Source of the DNA: the human T2T-CHM13v2.0 reference genome, Homo sapiens
Direction: 5' to 3' (one strand)
NCBI RefSeq assembly: GCF_009914755.1
Contig: NC_060933.1
Length of the DNA: 64,000 bases
The position numbers and the translations under genes are program-made. Shown piece by piece: positions 14,437-27,773 of the stretch. How positions within the stretch are numbered: the stretch's first letter is position 1; every line of letters starts with the position of its first letter. The notes below the pieces were generated by a model. That model saw only the letters and a program-made list of their open reading frames with translations, ran no database searches and was not told the DNA's origin.

Positions 14437-14781
14437 ATATAATTATTTACAGTGCAAGTAGAGTAAAATCAAAAGGGCTTGTCTGCTTCTAATGATCAAA
14501 CACTCGTTAATGCCTTTCAGGGTGGCCCAAACATCTACTATGAGAAATAATGTTTTCGAATGTATCAGGTTATTTTACTAATTATTTAGAGCCTTTTTGT
14601 TTCCAAAGAGAAAGTGAAATATTTGGCTCAGGCAGCATTGCTACAAAAATTTAGGTATAAAATTTTAACAAGAAATTAATGAAAAAGATAGTGGCCAATC
14701 AAAAGCTGGGAATAATGTCTGTTTGTCCTGGCTGAAAGCTGATACAATATCTGAATATTTTTTTTTTTAAGAGCTCTATGG

Positions 14782-14841
14782 GGCTGGACGCAGTGGCTCA
14801 CGTCTGTAATCCCAGCACTTTGGGAGACCGAGGCAGGCGGA
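14782..14841 (+). mobile_element. Alu 5' 60 bp only (3'-deleted)
   Basis: ggctggacgcagtggctcacgtctgtaatcccagcactttgggagaccgaggcaggcgga, then an abrupt switch to ERV sequence. Confidence 0.9.
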
Positions 14842-16904
14842 CTTTCTCTCTTTTAGACCCTGTTTTGGAAAAGGTTTTTCAGTTGACTGAATACCCTTTG
14901 CAGTTATGTTTGGTCCCTCTGTCTGCTTCTTTACTTGGCATAATTTTTGCTGAGAAAAATGTAAAACGTTATTTACATTTTGGACAGCTTATAATCGCAC
15001 CAAAATGCCTTATCTAAGACTGACTCTCCCATTTCCTTCTACTTTTGCTTTTTTTTTTTTTTTTTTTGCCATCTTTGATAAAACAAATAAATCTAGCAGA
15101 TTTCTAGAAACTGCGAGATCCCTTGAGGACTAAGAAAAAGGCACTGCACACCCTTTCTGGGGAGTTTTCTGTCTTCTCCATAGAATCCCAAAAGTCATGG
15201 GCAGGTTCCTTTTAAGTGTAAAGCTCTTCACTTTTATACCGAGTTTCCTGATCATTTGGCCTTTTTGGGTACCAGGGATTACACTGTACTGTGAGAGAAC
15301 ACCTGGCCTTTGTGTTTTCAATGACTGGAAATTCCCTGGCGAAGGCTGCAGTTTTGGAGATGACTGGCAGCAGTGGCAGTGAGTGGTTATTACTGCAAGG
15401 GGATACTCTTTATGTGATTAGATAAGACAGATGCAGTTTGAACACTCAGAGGCTGTGGAAAACCTCAACACTGAAGGATATAACTCCCATGGGGAATGGG
15501 CTTAACAAAGAGTGAGCTGATTGGTGTTTGGTCACCAAGCAGCATTACAGAAATATCCTTGAAGCAAGGTGTACTGTGGAAGCATCACACAGCCCAGTCC
15601 TGTGATGTTTCCTTCTTTTGATGGCTCCAGATTTAGTATAAAAATGAGATCCGTTTTTATTGATCTAGGTGTTCTACCTTCCAGTATGCCTGTTTTTCAA
15701 ATGAGTGTTAGGCTCTGGAAACTGAAAATGTTTCTTTTTGGCCTTAGTTGTTGTCTCCATCCTGAGCTCAGTGTCTCAACTGGAAAACAGAGATTAAAGT
15801 AAAAGCTACCTATCTAAATAAAACTGGTGTCCTTATACAATTCTAGGGTAAATTCCTATCATTTTGTGTTACCTTGGCATCCGTTTTTAATCTTCCTCTA
15901 ACGAACACGCTCAAACTCCTTTAAAAAGCTTAAATTCTCTTTCTGTGCTTTGAAATGTAAATTTGCTACACTGTTTTCTCTAAAACTTGGTGAGGGTTTT
16001 GGCATGTGGGACAGATAAATTTATCTTGTTCCATTTACAGGGACACAACTAAATCTAACCGTTCTTTTAAACTAGTGACTTAAGATTTAAAAATTTAAAT
16101 TAAAGCTATAAAGTCTTTATGCTCCTTTCCATTTTTTATGGTACTTGTCTACATGTCTGTTTATATATTGTCTACATGATATCAAATTGGTTTATAAATA
16201 AATGAGTGCTGATAAACAAATAAGCCTAAATGTTTTTCAAGTTCATGTGACTTTATCAACCATTTATAAATAAAACCAGTTTTAAAATTGCTAAGAAAGT
16301 AAAATAGAAACATCTTCAGAATTTACTTTAGACATTTTTTCCTGGGTCTACTGGTCAGATCAATTTGTACTATCTCTCATAGATGTTTCAAGGTCATAAC
16401 CTGTTGTTTCTGCAATATTTTTCATACTTGCTTAACTGTTTGTGAGCTTATGTCTTTGGATTTTAGACTTTTATTTCTGGTGTCTAGATTAGTGGTCATG
16501 ATGAGCCCAGGGATACATGTATCCACAGTAACTGGCCCACCAGCTAGAGAGCAGAACCAAGCCCAATATGATCCCATATTCCCTGGCCCAGGTGTGCCTC
16601 CTGGCCGTGTTGGGAAGTGTTGGATCCTTCAGGAATTCTCTCTACAGCTCTGTTCTCTGTCCTAGGCTAAGCTCCTGATACATAACAATTAAAATTGCTT
16701 AATTCCTAGCTTTTCAATGTAGATTAGGGTTGCTAAGAGTTAACATTTCAATTAATATATTTAATTAAAAGTGACATGTAAATACGATTGTGTATGAGGA
16801 AAGTAGGATACATTTTTTATATGGAAAGTTGTAAGAAAGGCACGAGAACATGGTTTTTGTTAAAGAAAAAGTAATTTTGCTTAGTTGAAAGCTTATTTAA
16901 AAGT

Positions 16905-17055
16905 TTTTTTATTTATTCATTGATTCATTTATTTTTACATAGATGGGGTCAAACTATGTTGCTCAGGCTGGCCCCAAACTCCTGGGCTCAAACACTCCTC
17001 CTGCCTTAGCCCCCCAAAGTGTTGGGATTACAGGCATGAACCACCACACCTGGCC
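16905..17055 (-). mobile_element. FLAM_C / Alu left monomer
   Basis: Single left monomer with its own T-rich tail. Confidence 0.85.
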
Positions 17056-17490
17056 GAGGTTGTTTTAAATTGAAGAAATAAAACAAAAAATGACAGATAA
17101 AACTGAATGGATACAGAAAGCTAGAGGAAAAAAGAGGATAGGAAAAATTATAAAGACTACAAATGTTTATGGAAATCTTATCTTGTCTACTCAAAGCTGA
17201 TTGAGATTGGATCGATGTGATTTTAAGGTCTTATTAAAATTAGGCTTGATATTAATAGTACACTAAATTAAGAGTATAGTTTGTTTTTCTCCTTTGAGCA
17301 AGATTTTCATATGGTATTAATAAGAGACACCAAAAGACTTTTGTTTGCCTTTTGAGTAAACTGCCAAAAAATTGAAAAGGTGTGGGGAGAAAGGGTGAGA
17401 AAGAGATAGATTTTTTTTCATGCTGTCTTTATTCATTTTTTTTTTAACTGAGTCGCTTCCCTATTAAAGAGCAAATGTTTTTGCATTTTG

Positions 17491-17791
17491 ATTATTATTA
17501 TTATTATTTGAGACAGAGTCTTCCTCTGTCACCCAGGCTGGAGTGCAGTGGCGCCATCTTGACTCACTGCAACCTCTTCCTCTCGGGTTCAAGTGATTCT
17601 CATGCCTCAACCTCCTGAGTAGCTGGGATTACAGACATGCACCACCACACCCAGCTACTTTTTTGTATTTTTAGTAGACACGGGGTTTCACCATGTTGGC
17701 CAGGCTGATCTTGAACTCCTGACCTCAAGTGATTTGACTGCTCAGCCTGCCAAAGTGCTGGGATTATAGGCATGAGCCACCGAGCCCAGCC
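17491..17791 (-). mobile_element. AluSx/Sz
   Basis: Full dimer; (ATT)n tail; ctcaagtgat. Confidence 0.93.
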
Positions 17792-20764
17792 AGCAACTTT
17801 GAAATCTTTAAATTATTACTTTGGCTAAGTGAATGACTATTATTTTACAGTAAGCTGTGATTCTAATTTGCTCAAGTGCCTTAAATCTTTTATATTTGAC
17901 AACCTTTTCATAATTAAAATTGTAAAGTTAAGTCTTTTGACCTCAAACTAACTTTTGGACCTTCCAAAATGGTCCCCTGGAAGCCCGAGAGAGACATATT
18001 AGGCTTATTTGTTGCTATGCCTTATTTACAATGCTTACAAGAAGCATTGTAAAATTAGAAATGTTTAAAATTGAGTTATATTTGCTTGAATATGCTATTA
18101 TATGGGTTTCCAAAATTGTATGAGATTTCTGAAAATTTGCTATGTCTTCGTATATTCACTAATTTGCTTTATTCTAATGCTTATTTCCTAAAAGCTCTTT
18201 GCAAATTCTAAAGTGTTGCTTCTTCAAGGAGGTTTATGGAAAGAATAAAAAGACACTGACAGGTGCTCTGAAATATAAATCTCTGCTTATGACTTTAAGA
18301 ACATAAAATTAGATTGGGTGGGTAAGAATTTCAAAAACTCCAAGGGAAAAATAATTGTACTCAAAACTGTCCAACATTAAACAAAACAAGTGTTAATGAC
18401 ATGGGTCTTAACTGAAGGAAGACCGTGTTGAGCTAAAGGAAGAAACTGAAGCAAAGTTGATATAAATAGAGTTTTACTGGGGCCAAGGTTGAGGACTGCA
18501 GCCTGAAAGTCATAGATTCAAGTTGTCCTAAATATATGCTCAGATTAGTAGCAGTTACAAGCAAATTTTTAAAGGAAATAAAAAAAGGAAGTTGGGAGCA
18601 GTTAAGTGTTTTACCAAGAATTTACATTGTTTGATTAAAATAATATAAACTATGGATTGGCTACACATTGTTCTTTGTATCACACATTTCAAGAACATGA
18701 TGATAATGAGTGAGGGTCATACTGTGTGTGCAACTTGTGTCAACACTTTAGGTAGACTTTTGAGAGGAGGTGGAGCAAGATGGCAAAGTAGAATGTTCCA
18801 CCAATCATCCCCCCAATAAGGACACCAAGTTAACAACTCTCTACATAGAAAAAAACATCTTCTTAAGAACCAAAATCTGGTAAGCACTCATAGTACCTGG
18901 TTTTAACTTCCTATCACTGAAAGAGACACTTAAGAGATTAAAACAAAACAGTACTGAATTGCCGACTCCAACCCTTCCCAACCACCAGCAGCCGTGGCAT
19001 AGTGCAGAGAGCATATCTGCAACCTGCATGCTAGGAGAGGGAGAATACAACAATTCTGAGGCACTGAACTCAGTGCTGTACTATTAAAGCAGAAAGGAAA
19101 CCCGGACCAAACTCAGCTGACACCCATCCACAAAGGGAGCATTTAAACCAGACCTAGCCAGAGGGGAATCGCCAATGCCAGCGGTCTGAACCTGAGTGCC
19201 TGCAAACCACAGCACTGAGGGCTATAGCACTCTGTCTCCAAGTAAACTTGAAAGGCAGTCTAGCCCATAATGACTGCGCCTTTTAGATGAGTCCTAGGGC
19301 TGGATTAGGCCTTCAGATGGTGGACTGTGAGTGCCTACAACATACTGAAACACCAGTTGGGCCAGCCAAGGGAGTGTTGACATCACCTCTCCCCTAACTC
19401 CAGGCTGCACAGCTCACGGCTCCAAAAGAGAACCCATTCTTCTGCTTGACAGGATGAGAGAGAACAGTGAGGAAGTCTTTGTGTTGTATCCAGGATACAA
19501 GCTCACTGACAGCAGGATAGGGAATTGGTCAGAGCCGTGAGGCCCCCATTCTAGGCCCTTTCTCCTAGAGGATATTTCTAGACACACTTTGGACCAGAAG
19601 GCAACCCACTGCCTTGAAGGAGAGGACTCAATCTTGGCAGCACTTATTACCTGCTAACTGATGAGCCTTTGGGCTCTGAATAAGTAGCAGTAATACCCAA
19701 GTACAACATCAAGGGCCTCAGGTGATCCTCTGAGACTTGCTGGCTTCAGGTGAGACTTAGCACATTACCAGCTGTGGTGGCTACAGGGCAAAACTCTTGC
19801 TTCAGAAAAGTAGAGGGAAAAGTAAAGGGGACTTCGTACCTGAAGTACCAGGCCAGCCACATGAAGATAAAGCAACAACCGTGCTCCTGGGGTCCCCAAT
19901 TCTAAGACTTGGCTTTTGGACAGCATTTTTGGACCTATCCCAGGTCAGAGGGAAGCCAACTGCCTTAAAGGGTGATTCCCAGACAGGCAGCATTCACAAC
20001 AAGCTGACTTAAGAGACCTTGGGCCATAAGGGAACATTGGCAGTAGTCTGGCAGTACTCCTCATGGCCTGGGGTGGTGGTGGTTATGGGGTGCGACTCCT
20101 CTACCTTTGGAAAGGGAAAGGAAGAGTGGGAAGGACTTTGTCTTATGGTTTGAGTGCCAGCCCAGTCACAATACAATAGAACACCAGGTAAAGTTCTGAG
20201 GTTTTTGACTCTAGTTCATGACTCCTGTACAGCACATATGGACCCACCCAGGGCCTGGGGGACATCACCACTCTAAAGAAAAGGGTACAAGCCTGGATGG
20301 CTTTGCCACTTGCTGATTGTAGAGTCCAAGGACCTTGAGAGAACACAGATAGTCGCCAGGGAGTTTTTACAGCAGGCCTTAGGCAAAACAGCACTGTGAT
20401 GGCTTCGGGTCTGACCCAGTGTAGTCATAGTAGTGGTGGCCATAGAGGTGCTTGTGTCACTCCACCCCCAGCATCAGCTGGCTCAGAACAGAGAGAGAGT
20501 CTCTGTATGTTTGGGAGAAAGTAAGGAAAGAGAACAAGAGTCTCCCTGGTAATCCTGATAAGAACTCCCCTGGATTTTGCCCAAGACCATCAATGTGGTG
20601 TCTCTATAAGTCTTCAAGAACCATGGGCGTGGGGTGCCCCATAAAGAAGATATAGTTTACATGACAACACCCAAGTCCTTCCAAATATCTGGAAAGCTTT
20701 TCCAAGAAGGAAAACTACAAATAAGCCCAGTCAGTGAAGACTACAATAAATACCTAACTCATCA

Positions 20765-21720
20765 ATGTTCAGACACCAAAGAACATCTAGCATCAACACC
20801 ATCCAGGACAACATGACTTCACTAAATAAACTAAACCAGGTTCCAGGGATGAATCCTGGAGAAACAGAGATATATGACCTTTTATATAGAGAATTAAAAA
20901 TAGCTGTATTGAAGAAAATCAAAGAAATTCAAGATAACACTGAGAAGAAATTTGGAATTTTATCAGAGAAATTTAACTAAGGGATTGGAATAATTTAAAA
21001 AGAATTAGGCAGAAATTCTGGAGTTGAGAAATACAATTGGCATACTGAAGAATGCATTAGTTCTTTAATAGCAGAACTGACAAAGCAGAAATAATAATTA
21101 GTGAGCTCAAAACAAGCTATTTGAAAATACAAAGTCAGAGGAGACGAAAAAAGAATAATAAAAAGAAGTATGCCTACAAGATCTATTATATAGCTTCAAA
21201 AGGTCAAATCTAAAAGTTATTGGATTTCAAGAGGAGGTAGAGAAAAAGATAGGGGTAGAAAGTTTATTCAAAGGAATAATAACAGAGAACTTCCCAAACC
21301 TAGAAAAAGATATCAATATCGAAGAACAAGAAGGCTGTAGAACACCAAGCAGGGTTAACCCAAAGAAGACTACCTCAAGGCATTTAATAATCACGCTCCC
21401 AAAGGTCAAAGATAAAGACATGATCCTAAAAGCAGCAAGAGGAAAGAAACAAATAACAACAATGGAGTCCAATATGTCTTGCAGCAGACTTTTCAAGGGA
21501 AATCTTATAGGCAAGGAGAGAGCGGCAAGACATATTTAAAGTGCTGCAGGAAAAAAAATTTACCCTGGAATAGTGTATCTGGTGAAAATATTCTTTAAAC
21601 ATGAAGATGGAATAAGGACTTTCCCAGACAAGCAAAATCTGAGGGATTTCATTAACACCAGACCCATCCTATGATAAATGCTAAGGAGAGTACTTCAATT
21701 AGAGAGAAAAGAACATTAAT
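20765..21720 (+). pseudogene. Disrupted L1 ORF1
   Basis: ORF track 20765-20980 (...GETEIYDLLYRELKIAVLKKIKEIQDN...) and downstream ENFPNL-type motif; stops and frameshifts. Confidence 0.85.
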
Positions 21721-22027
21721 GAGCAATAAATAATTACCTGAAGGTACAAAACTCACCAGTAATAGTAAGTACATAGAAAAATACAGAATATTATAAGACT
21801 GTAACTGTGGTTTGTAAACTACTCTTATATAAGTACAAAGAATAAATTATGAACCAATTAAAAAAATATCTGTAACAGCTTTTCAAGAAATAGTCAATAC
21901 AGTAAGATATAAATAGAAACAAAAGAAAAAGAGGGGGGACAGAGTTAAAGCATAAAGTTTTTATTAGTTTTCTTTTTGCTTGTTTGTTTATGCAAATAGT
22001 GTTATTAGGTTAAAATAATGTGTTATA

Positions 22028-22217
22028 GTGGGGAACAACACACACTGGGGCCTATCTGAGGGTGGAGGCTGGGAGGAGATAGAGAATCAGGAAAAATAAA
22101 TAAAGGGTAATAGGCTTAATACCTGGATGATAAAATAATCTGCACAACAAACCCCCATGACACAATGCAACAAACCTATACATGTACCATTTAACTTAAA
22201 ACAAAAGTTAAATAAAT
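22028..22217 (+). mobile_element. 5'-truncated old L1PA (L1PA13-16-like) 3' end
   Basis: 14-bp TSD aataatgtg(t/c)tata at 22014-22027 and 22218-22231. Confidence 0.85.
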
Positions 22218-22355
22218 AATAATGTGCTATAAGATAAAATTTGCAAGCCTCAAAGTAACCTCAAGCCAAAAAAACATGCAATAAATACAGAAAAAATAAA
22301 AAGCAAGAAACTAAATCATATCACCCAGAGAAAACCAACTTCACTAGAGGAAAAC

Positions 22356-22482
22356 AGGAAGGGAGGGAGGGAGGGAGGGAAGGAAGGAAGGAAGGAAGGA
22401 AGGAAGGAAGGAAGGAAGGAAGGAAGGAAGGAAGGGAGGGAGGAAGGAAGGAAGGAAGGAAGGAAGGAAAGAAGGAAGGAAG
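22356..22482 (+). repeat. (GGAA)n/(GGGA)n microsatellite
   Basis: 14 uninterrupted GGAA (22378-22433), then 7 and 2 more. Confidence 0.97.
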
Positions 22483-23586
22483 TACTATAAAACAACCAGA
22501 AAACAAATAACAAAATGGAAAGAGAAAGTTCTGACTTATCAATAAAAACATTAAATGTAAATAGACTAAACTCTCCAATCAAAAGACATAGACTGGCTGA
22601 ATGGATGCAAAAACAAGTCTCATTGATCTGTTGCTTACAAGAAAAACACTTAACCTATAAAGACACACAGAAACTAAAAATAAAGGGATGGAAAAAGATA
22701 TTCCATGCCAATGAAAAGCAAAAAAGTGCAGGAGTTGCTATACTTATTTTAAACAAAATAGATTTCAAGACAAAAACTATAAGAGGAGACAAGGAAGGTC
22801 ACTATTTAACAATAAAGGGGTCAATCAGCAAGAGGATATAACAATTTTAAATATGTATGCACCTAACACTAGAGCACCCAGATATGTATATATATAAATA
22901 GTATTAGAGCTAAAGAGAGTGATGGGCTCCCAACCATTAATAGCTGGAGACTTAACACTCCACTATCAGCATTGGACAGATCTTTCTGACAGAAAATAGA
23001 CAAAGAAACATCAGACTTAATCTGCAATATAGACAAAATTGATCTAAAAATAATGCAAAACATTTCAGCTAAGAGCTGCAGAATACACATTCTTTTCTTT
23101 AGCACATGGATCATTCTCAACAATAGACCCTACGTGAGGTTATAAAACAAGTCTTAAAACATTTTTTAAAAATCGAAGTAGTTTTTCAATTATTTCAAGC
23201 ATCTTCTCTGACCCAGTGGAATAAAACTAGAAATTAATAACAAGAGAAACTTTGGAAACAACACAAGTACATAGAAATTAAACAATCTGCTCTTGAATGA
23301 CTAGAGTAAATGAAGAAATTAACAAGAAAATTAAAGAATTTCTTGAAACAAATGATAATGGAAACACAACATACCAAAATCTGTAGGATACAGCAAAAGC
23401 AGTACTAAGAGGGAAGTTTATCTAAGTGCCTACATCAAAAAAGAGGAAAAACATCGAATGAACAAGCTAATGATGCATCTTAAAGAATGAGAGAAAAACA
23501 AGATAAAACAAACCTAAAATTGGTAGAAAAAAATGAATAATAAAGATCAAAGCAAAAATAAATGAAATTGAAATAAAAACAACTAA

Positions 23587-23930
<344 letters not shown>

Positions 23931-24258
23931 TGACAATCCTGTAGCCAGACTAAGAAAAAAAAAAGAGAAGATCTAAATAAATACAAACAGAAATGAAAAA
24001 GGAGGCATTACAACTGATACTGCAGAAATTCAAAGGATCATTCAAAGCTACTCTGAACAACTATATGCCAAAAAATTGGAAAATGTAGAAGAAATGGACA
24101 AATTCCTAGATACCTGCAACCTACCAGGATTGAACCAGGGAGAAATCCAAAACCTGAACTGACCAATAACAAGTAAGGAGATCAAAGCCATAATAAAAAG
24201 TCTCCCAGTAAAGAAAAGCCCAGGACCTGACGGCTTCATTGCTGAATTCTACCAAATA

Positions 24259-24438
24259 TTCATTTATTTTGAGAAGGAGTCTCATTCTGCCACCCAGTCT
24301 GGAGTACAGTAGCACTATCTCAGCTCACTGCAACTTCCACCTTCTGTGTTCAAGCAATTCTCCTGCCTCAGCTTCCTGAGAAGCTATGACTACAGGCATG
24401 CACCACCTCGCCTGGCTACTTTTTAGTAGAGATAGGGT
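24259..24438 (-). mobile_element. 5'-truncated Alu inside L1 ORF2
   Basis: Right arm plus a short left-arm stub; L1 sequence resumes immediately. Confidence 0.88.
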
Positions 24439-26252
24439 AAATAGAATTAATGTCTATCCTACTCAAAATATTCCAAAAAATAAAGCAAGAGGGAATACTT
24501 CCAAACTTATTTTACAAGGCCAGAATAAGCCAAAAAACCACTGCAGACCAATATCTCCAATGAATATATAAGGAACTCAAATAACTCTACAAGAAAATAA
24601 TCTAAATCTGATCAAAAGATGGGCAAAATATTTCAATAGACATTTCTAAAAAGAAGATATACAAATGACAAACAGACCTACGAAAATGTGCTCGACATCG
24701 TTAATCATAAGAGAAATGCAAATCACAACTACAATAAGATTTTATCTCACACCAGTTAAAGGGCTTATATCCAAAAGACAGGCAATAGCATATGCTAAGG
24801 ATGTGGAGAAAAGCGAACTTTGGTACGCATGTACTATGGTGGTGAACCATAGTACAACCACTATAGACCACAGTTTGGCAGTTCCTCAAAAAACTAAAAA
24901 TAGAGCTACCGTATAATCTAGCGATCCCACTTCTGTTTACATATCCAAAAGAAAGAAAATCGGTATACTGAAGAGATATTTGCACTCTTGTATTTGTTGC
25001 AGCACTGTTTACAATAGCTAAGATTTGGAAGCAATCTAAGTGTCCATCAACAGATTATTGGATAAAAAAAATGTGGCACATACACGCAATGGAATATTAT
25101 TCAGCCACAATAAAGAATGAGATCCAATCATTTGCAACAACATGGAAGGAACTAAAGATCATTATGTTAAGTGAAGTAAGCCAGACACAGAAAGACAAAC
25201 ATTGCATGTTCTTACTTAACTGTGGGATCTAAAAATCAAAACAATTGAATTCATGAACATAGAGAGTAGAAGGATGGTTACCAGAGTCTGGGAAGGATAG
25301 TTAGGGATTGGGAAGGAGGTGGGGATATTTAATAGATACAAAAAATATAGAAAGAATGAATAAGATCTACTATTTGATAGCACAGTAGGGTGGTTATCAT
25401 CAATAATAGGTTGTACATTTTAAAATAACTTAAAAGAGTGCAGTTAGAGTGCAATTCAAAGGATAAAGGCTTGAGGGGATGGATAACCCACTCTCCATGA
25501 TGTGCTTTTTTCACATTGCATGCTTGTATCAAAACATCTCATGTACCCCGTAAATATATGCATTTAATATGTTCCCACAAAAAATTTAAAAAATTGAAAA
25601 TAATTTCTGTTAAAAAATTAGTAATTTATTAGCTAGTCTGAAACTACAGAAAATGGAAAATAATACCTTGAAACAATTACCCCCAGGCATGTGTGTTCAG
25701 GGTGTGACTGAAGTCTCATGCTCATGTCTTCTTGGCCCTGATAAATTTTGCATACGTCGCATTCCTCAGTCGGCTCTTCACTTTTCTTTCTCATCTGAAA
25801 TGACTTTTTATGACTTTCTGTTTGAAACATTGCTGATTGTTTTTATGTTTTGTTTTCCAGAGTTAAGAAAACTTTTTCTTTTGAGCTACTTATAACTCAC
25901 AAAAAGTGGCTAAAATATATATTTATGAGCAAAATTGAAACATTTTTGTTTCTGCCTACCTGATTTATTCAGAATTTGAAAACTATTCATAAACATTTCT
26001 CTATTTTATGGTCATATAGTTATTTGCATAAGTTCAATAGGAATCTCTTTTGTTTAGTAACAGAACACATTGGAAATATCAGTTATTTTACCAAGGCTTT
26101 CACTGCAATGTCATACTTTCAAATGTTACTAGACTGCTTTGAGATATTGAGACAGATTTTATAAAGGCAATAGACTTAGAAAAAGACTGGCCTGGTACCT
26201 TGTCTACATGGTTCTCTTACAAGGTTTCTGAACTAGAAATAAGTAAAATATG

Positions 26253-26645
26253 TGTTAAAAGAAAACCCTTAGACAAATTAAATTTAACAGAGTTTAATTG
26301 AGCAAAAAAGCAATTCACAGATCAAGAAGCCTCATAAGCCCAAGTAGGTTCAGAGAGACTCCAACATAGCCACATTGTGGAAGAAGATTTATGGACACAA
26401 AAGGGGAAATGACACACATAAAATGGAAATGAGGTACAGAAATAGCCAGATTGGTGTTTGCCTTATTTGAACCTGATTTCAGCAGTTGACCACCTTTGAT
26501 TTGCCAAAAATTCAGTTATTGGTACAAGAGTAGGTTACAGCCTCTTTACATGTCCAGTTTGACCATAGTCCTCTGTGCACAGAGAAACCTTTAGGCCAAC
26601 TTAAAATATATAAGGAGGCAGCTGTAGGCTAAACTTAATTTAACA
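26253..26645 (-). mobile_element. MER57-family solo LTR
   Basis: Minus-strand start tgttaaattaagtttagcctacagctgcctcctta; tgttaa...ttaaca termini. Confidence 0.85.
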
Positions 26646-27773
26646 AACATCACTTTCTGAGAGCCCGAGGAACCTCAAAATATTTAGGGAACTTTGAAAA
26701 GACAGGAACTCACCCAATTTGTACAAGTACTACAAGCACAGTCTGATGGTAAATTCTGGCTTGGTTTCCTAGTCTTAGGAGGTTTTTAAAGTCGAATCTG
26801 AAATTTATGAAAAAATTTAGCAAAGTCAACTTAAAAATATCCTATATGGCCAATCACTATGCTTGCTGAACTTTATACAAATAATCAGGCCCAAGTATAA
26901 TAAGACTAAAACTTATTTTGCCAATAAATTAGTTCTGCTATGATTTATCTTTGGTAAAAAAAAAATGGTTGGCTGGAAAGGAAAAAAATATATTTCAGAA
27001 GATAACTAAGCACACTTGTTATTAGACTCTAGCCCTGTCCATTGTTTTGTGAGATTTTATGATTTTCCTACAATAATTGGACTGAAACCTGAATTCTTTC
27101 CTGGCTACAAGCTCCAAACTAATGTTTCCATTTTTTTTTTCATTTTTCTTATTTGGACTTAATGAAGTCTTTTTCCTGAGACTCTGCAAGCTGAAGTTCA
27201 TGTAAAAACCATCTTGTGACATACAAACTTACAGACCCGAAAAGTCTGTCAAGATTGCCACTGTCTACTTCAACTTTAACTGAAGATGCCTTTAGTCTAA
27301 CATCAAGGCACCTCAAATGATTGCCCTCCATACTCTAAGGAAACTGGTTTATAGACTGTTCCAAACATTAATCTTTGTTATTGAGAGACTGTCTACAACA
27401 TAATCTCTTATAATAAATACAAATTTTCCATTGTAATGGCCTATTCCCAGAAATCCTTTGCCACTCATGTATTAACTTGATTATACTCTCCACAGACACA
27501 ACTCAGCTTTTAATTTGTGAAGCTTCTATGAAAGTTTCAGACAGGAGAATGTTGGGGTAGAAAAAATGATTTCCAAAGTATAATACTCGGTCATGCTGAG
27601 TGATTTTGAAGATTGAAAGTCCTCAAAAAATAAGCCTCAGAATCAAAGTCCTTCTAAACTTGTCTTATTTCTCTTCTTACTCCACTCAAACTCAGAGAGG
27701 GACTCTCTCTGGAATGTCCTTATCTAACCAAGAAAGCTTCTTACCAAAAGAAACACAACACAGTTCATTTATC

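Noticed and set aside
14521-14568. 48-nt phase 2-2 open segment (VAQTSTMRNNVFECI) that would fit between candidate exons 3 and 4; similarly 39773-39799
   Set aside because: Weak donors (GTTATT, GTAAAT); segments this short are often open by chance.
22316-22582. (LPSF)n repeat proteins on the minus strand
   Set aside because: Translation of the (TTCC)n microsatellite.
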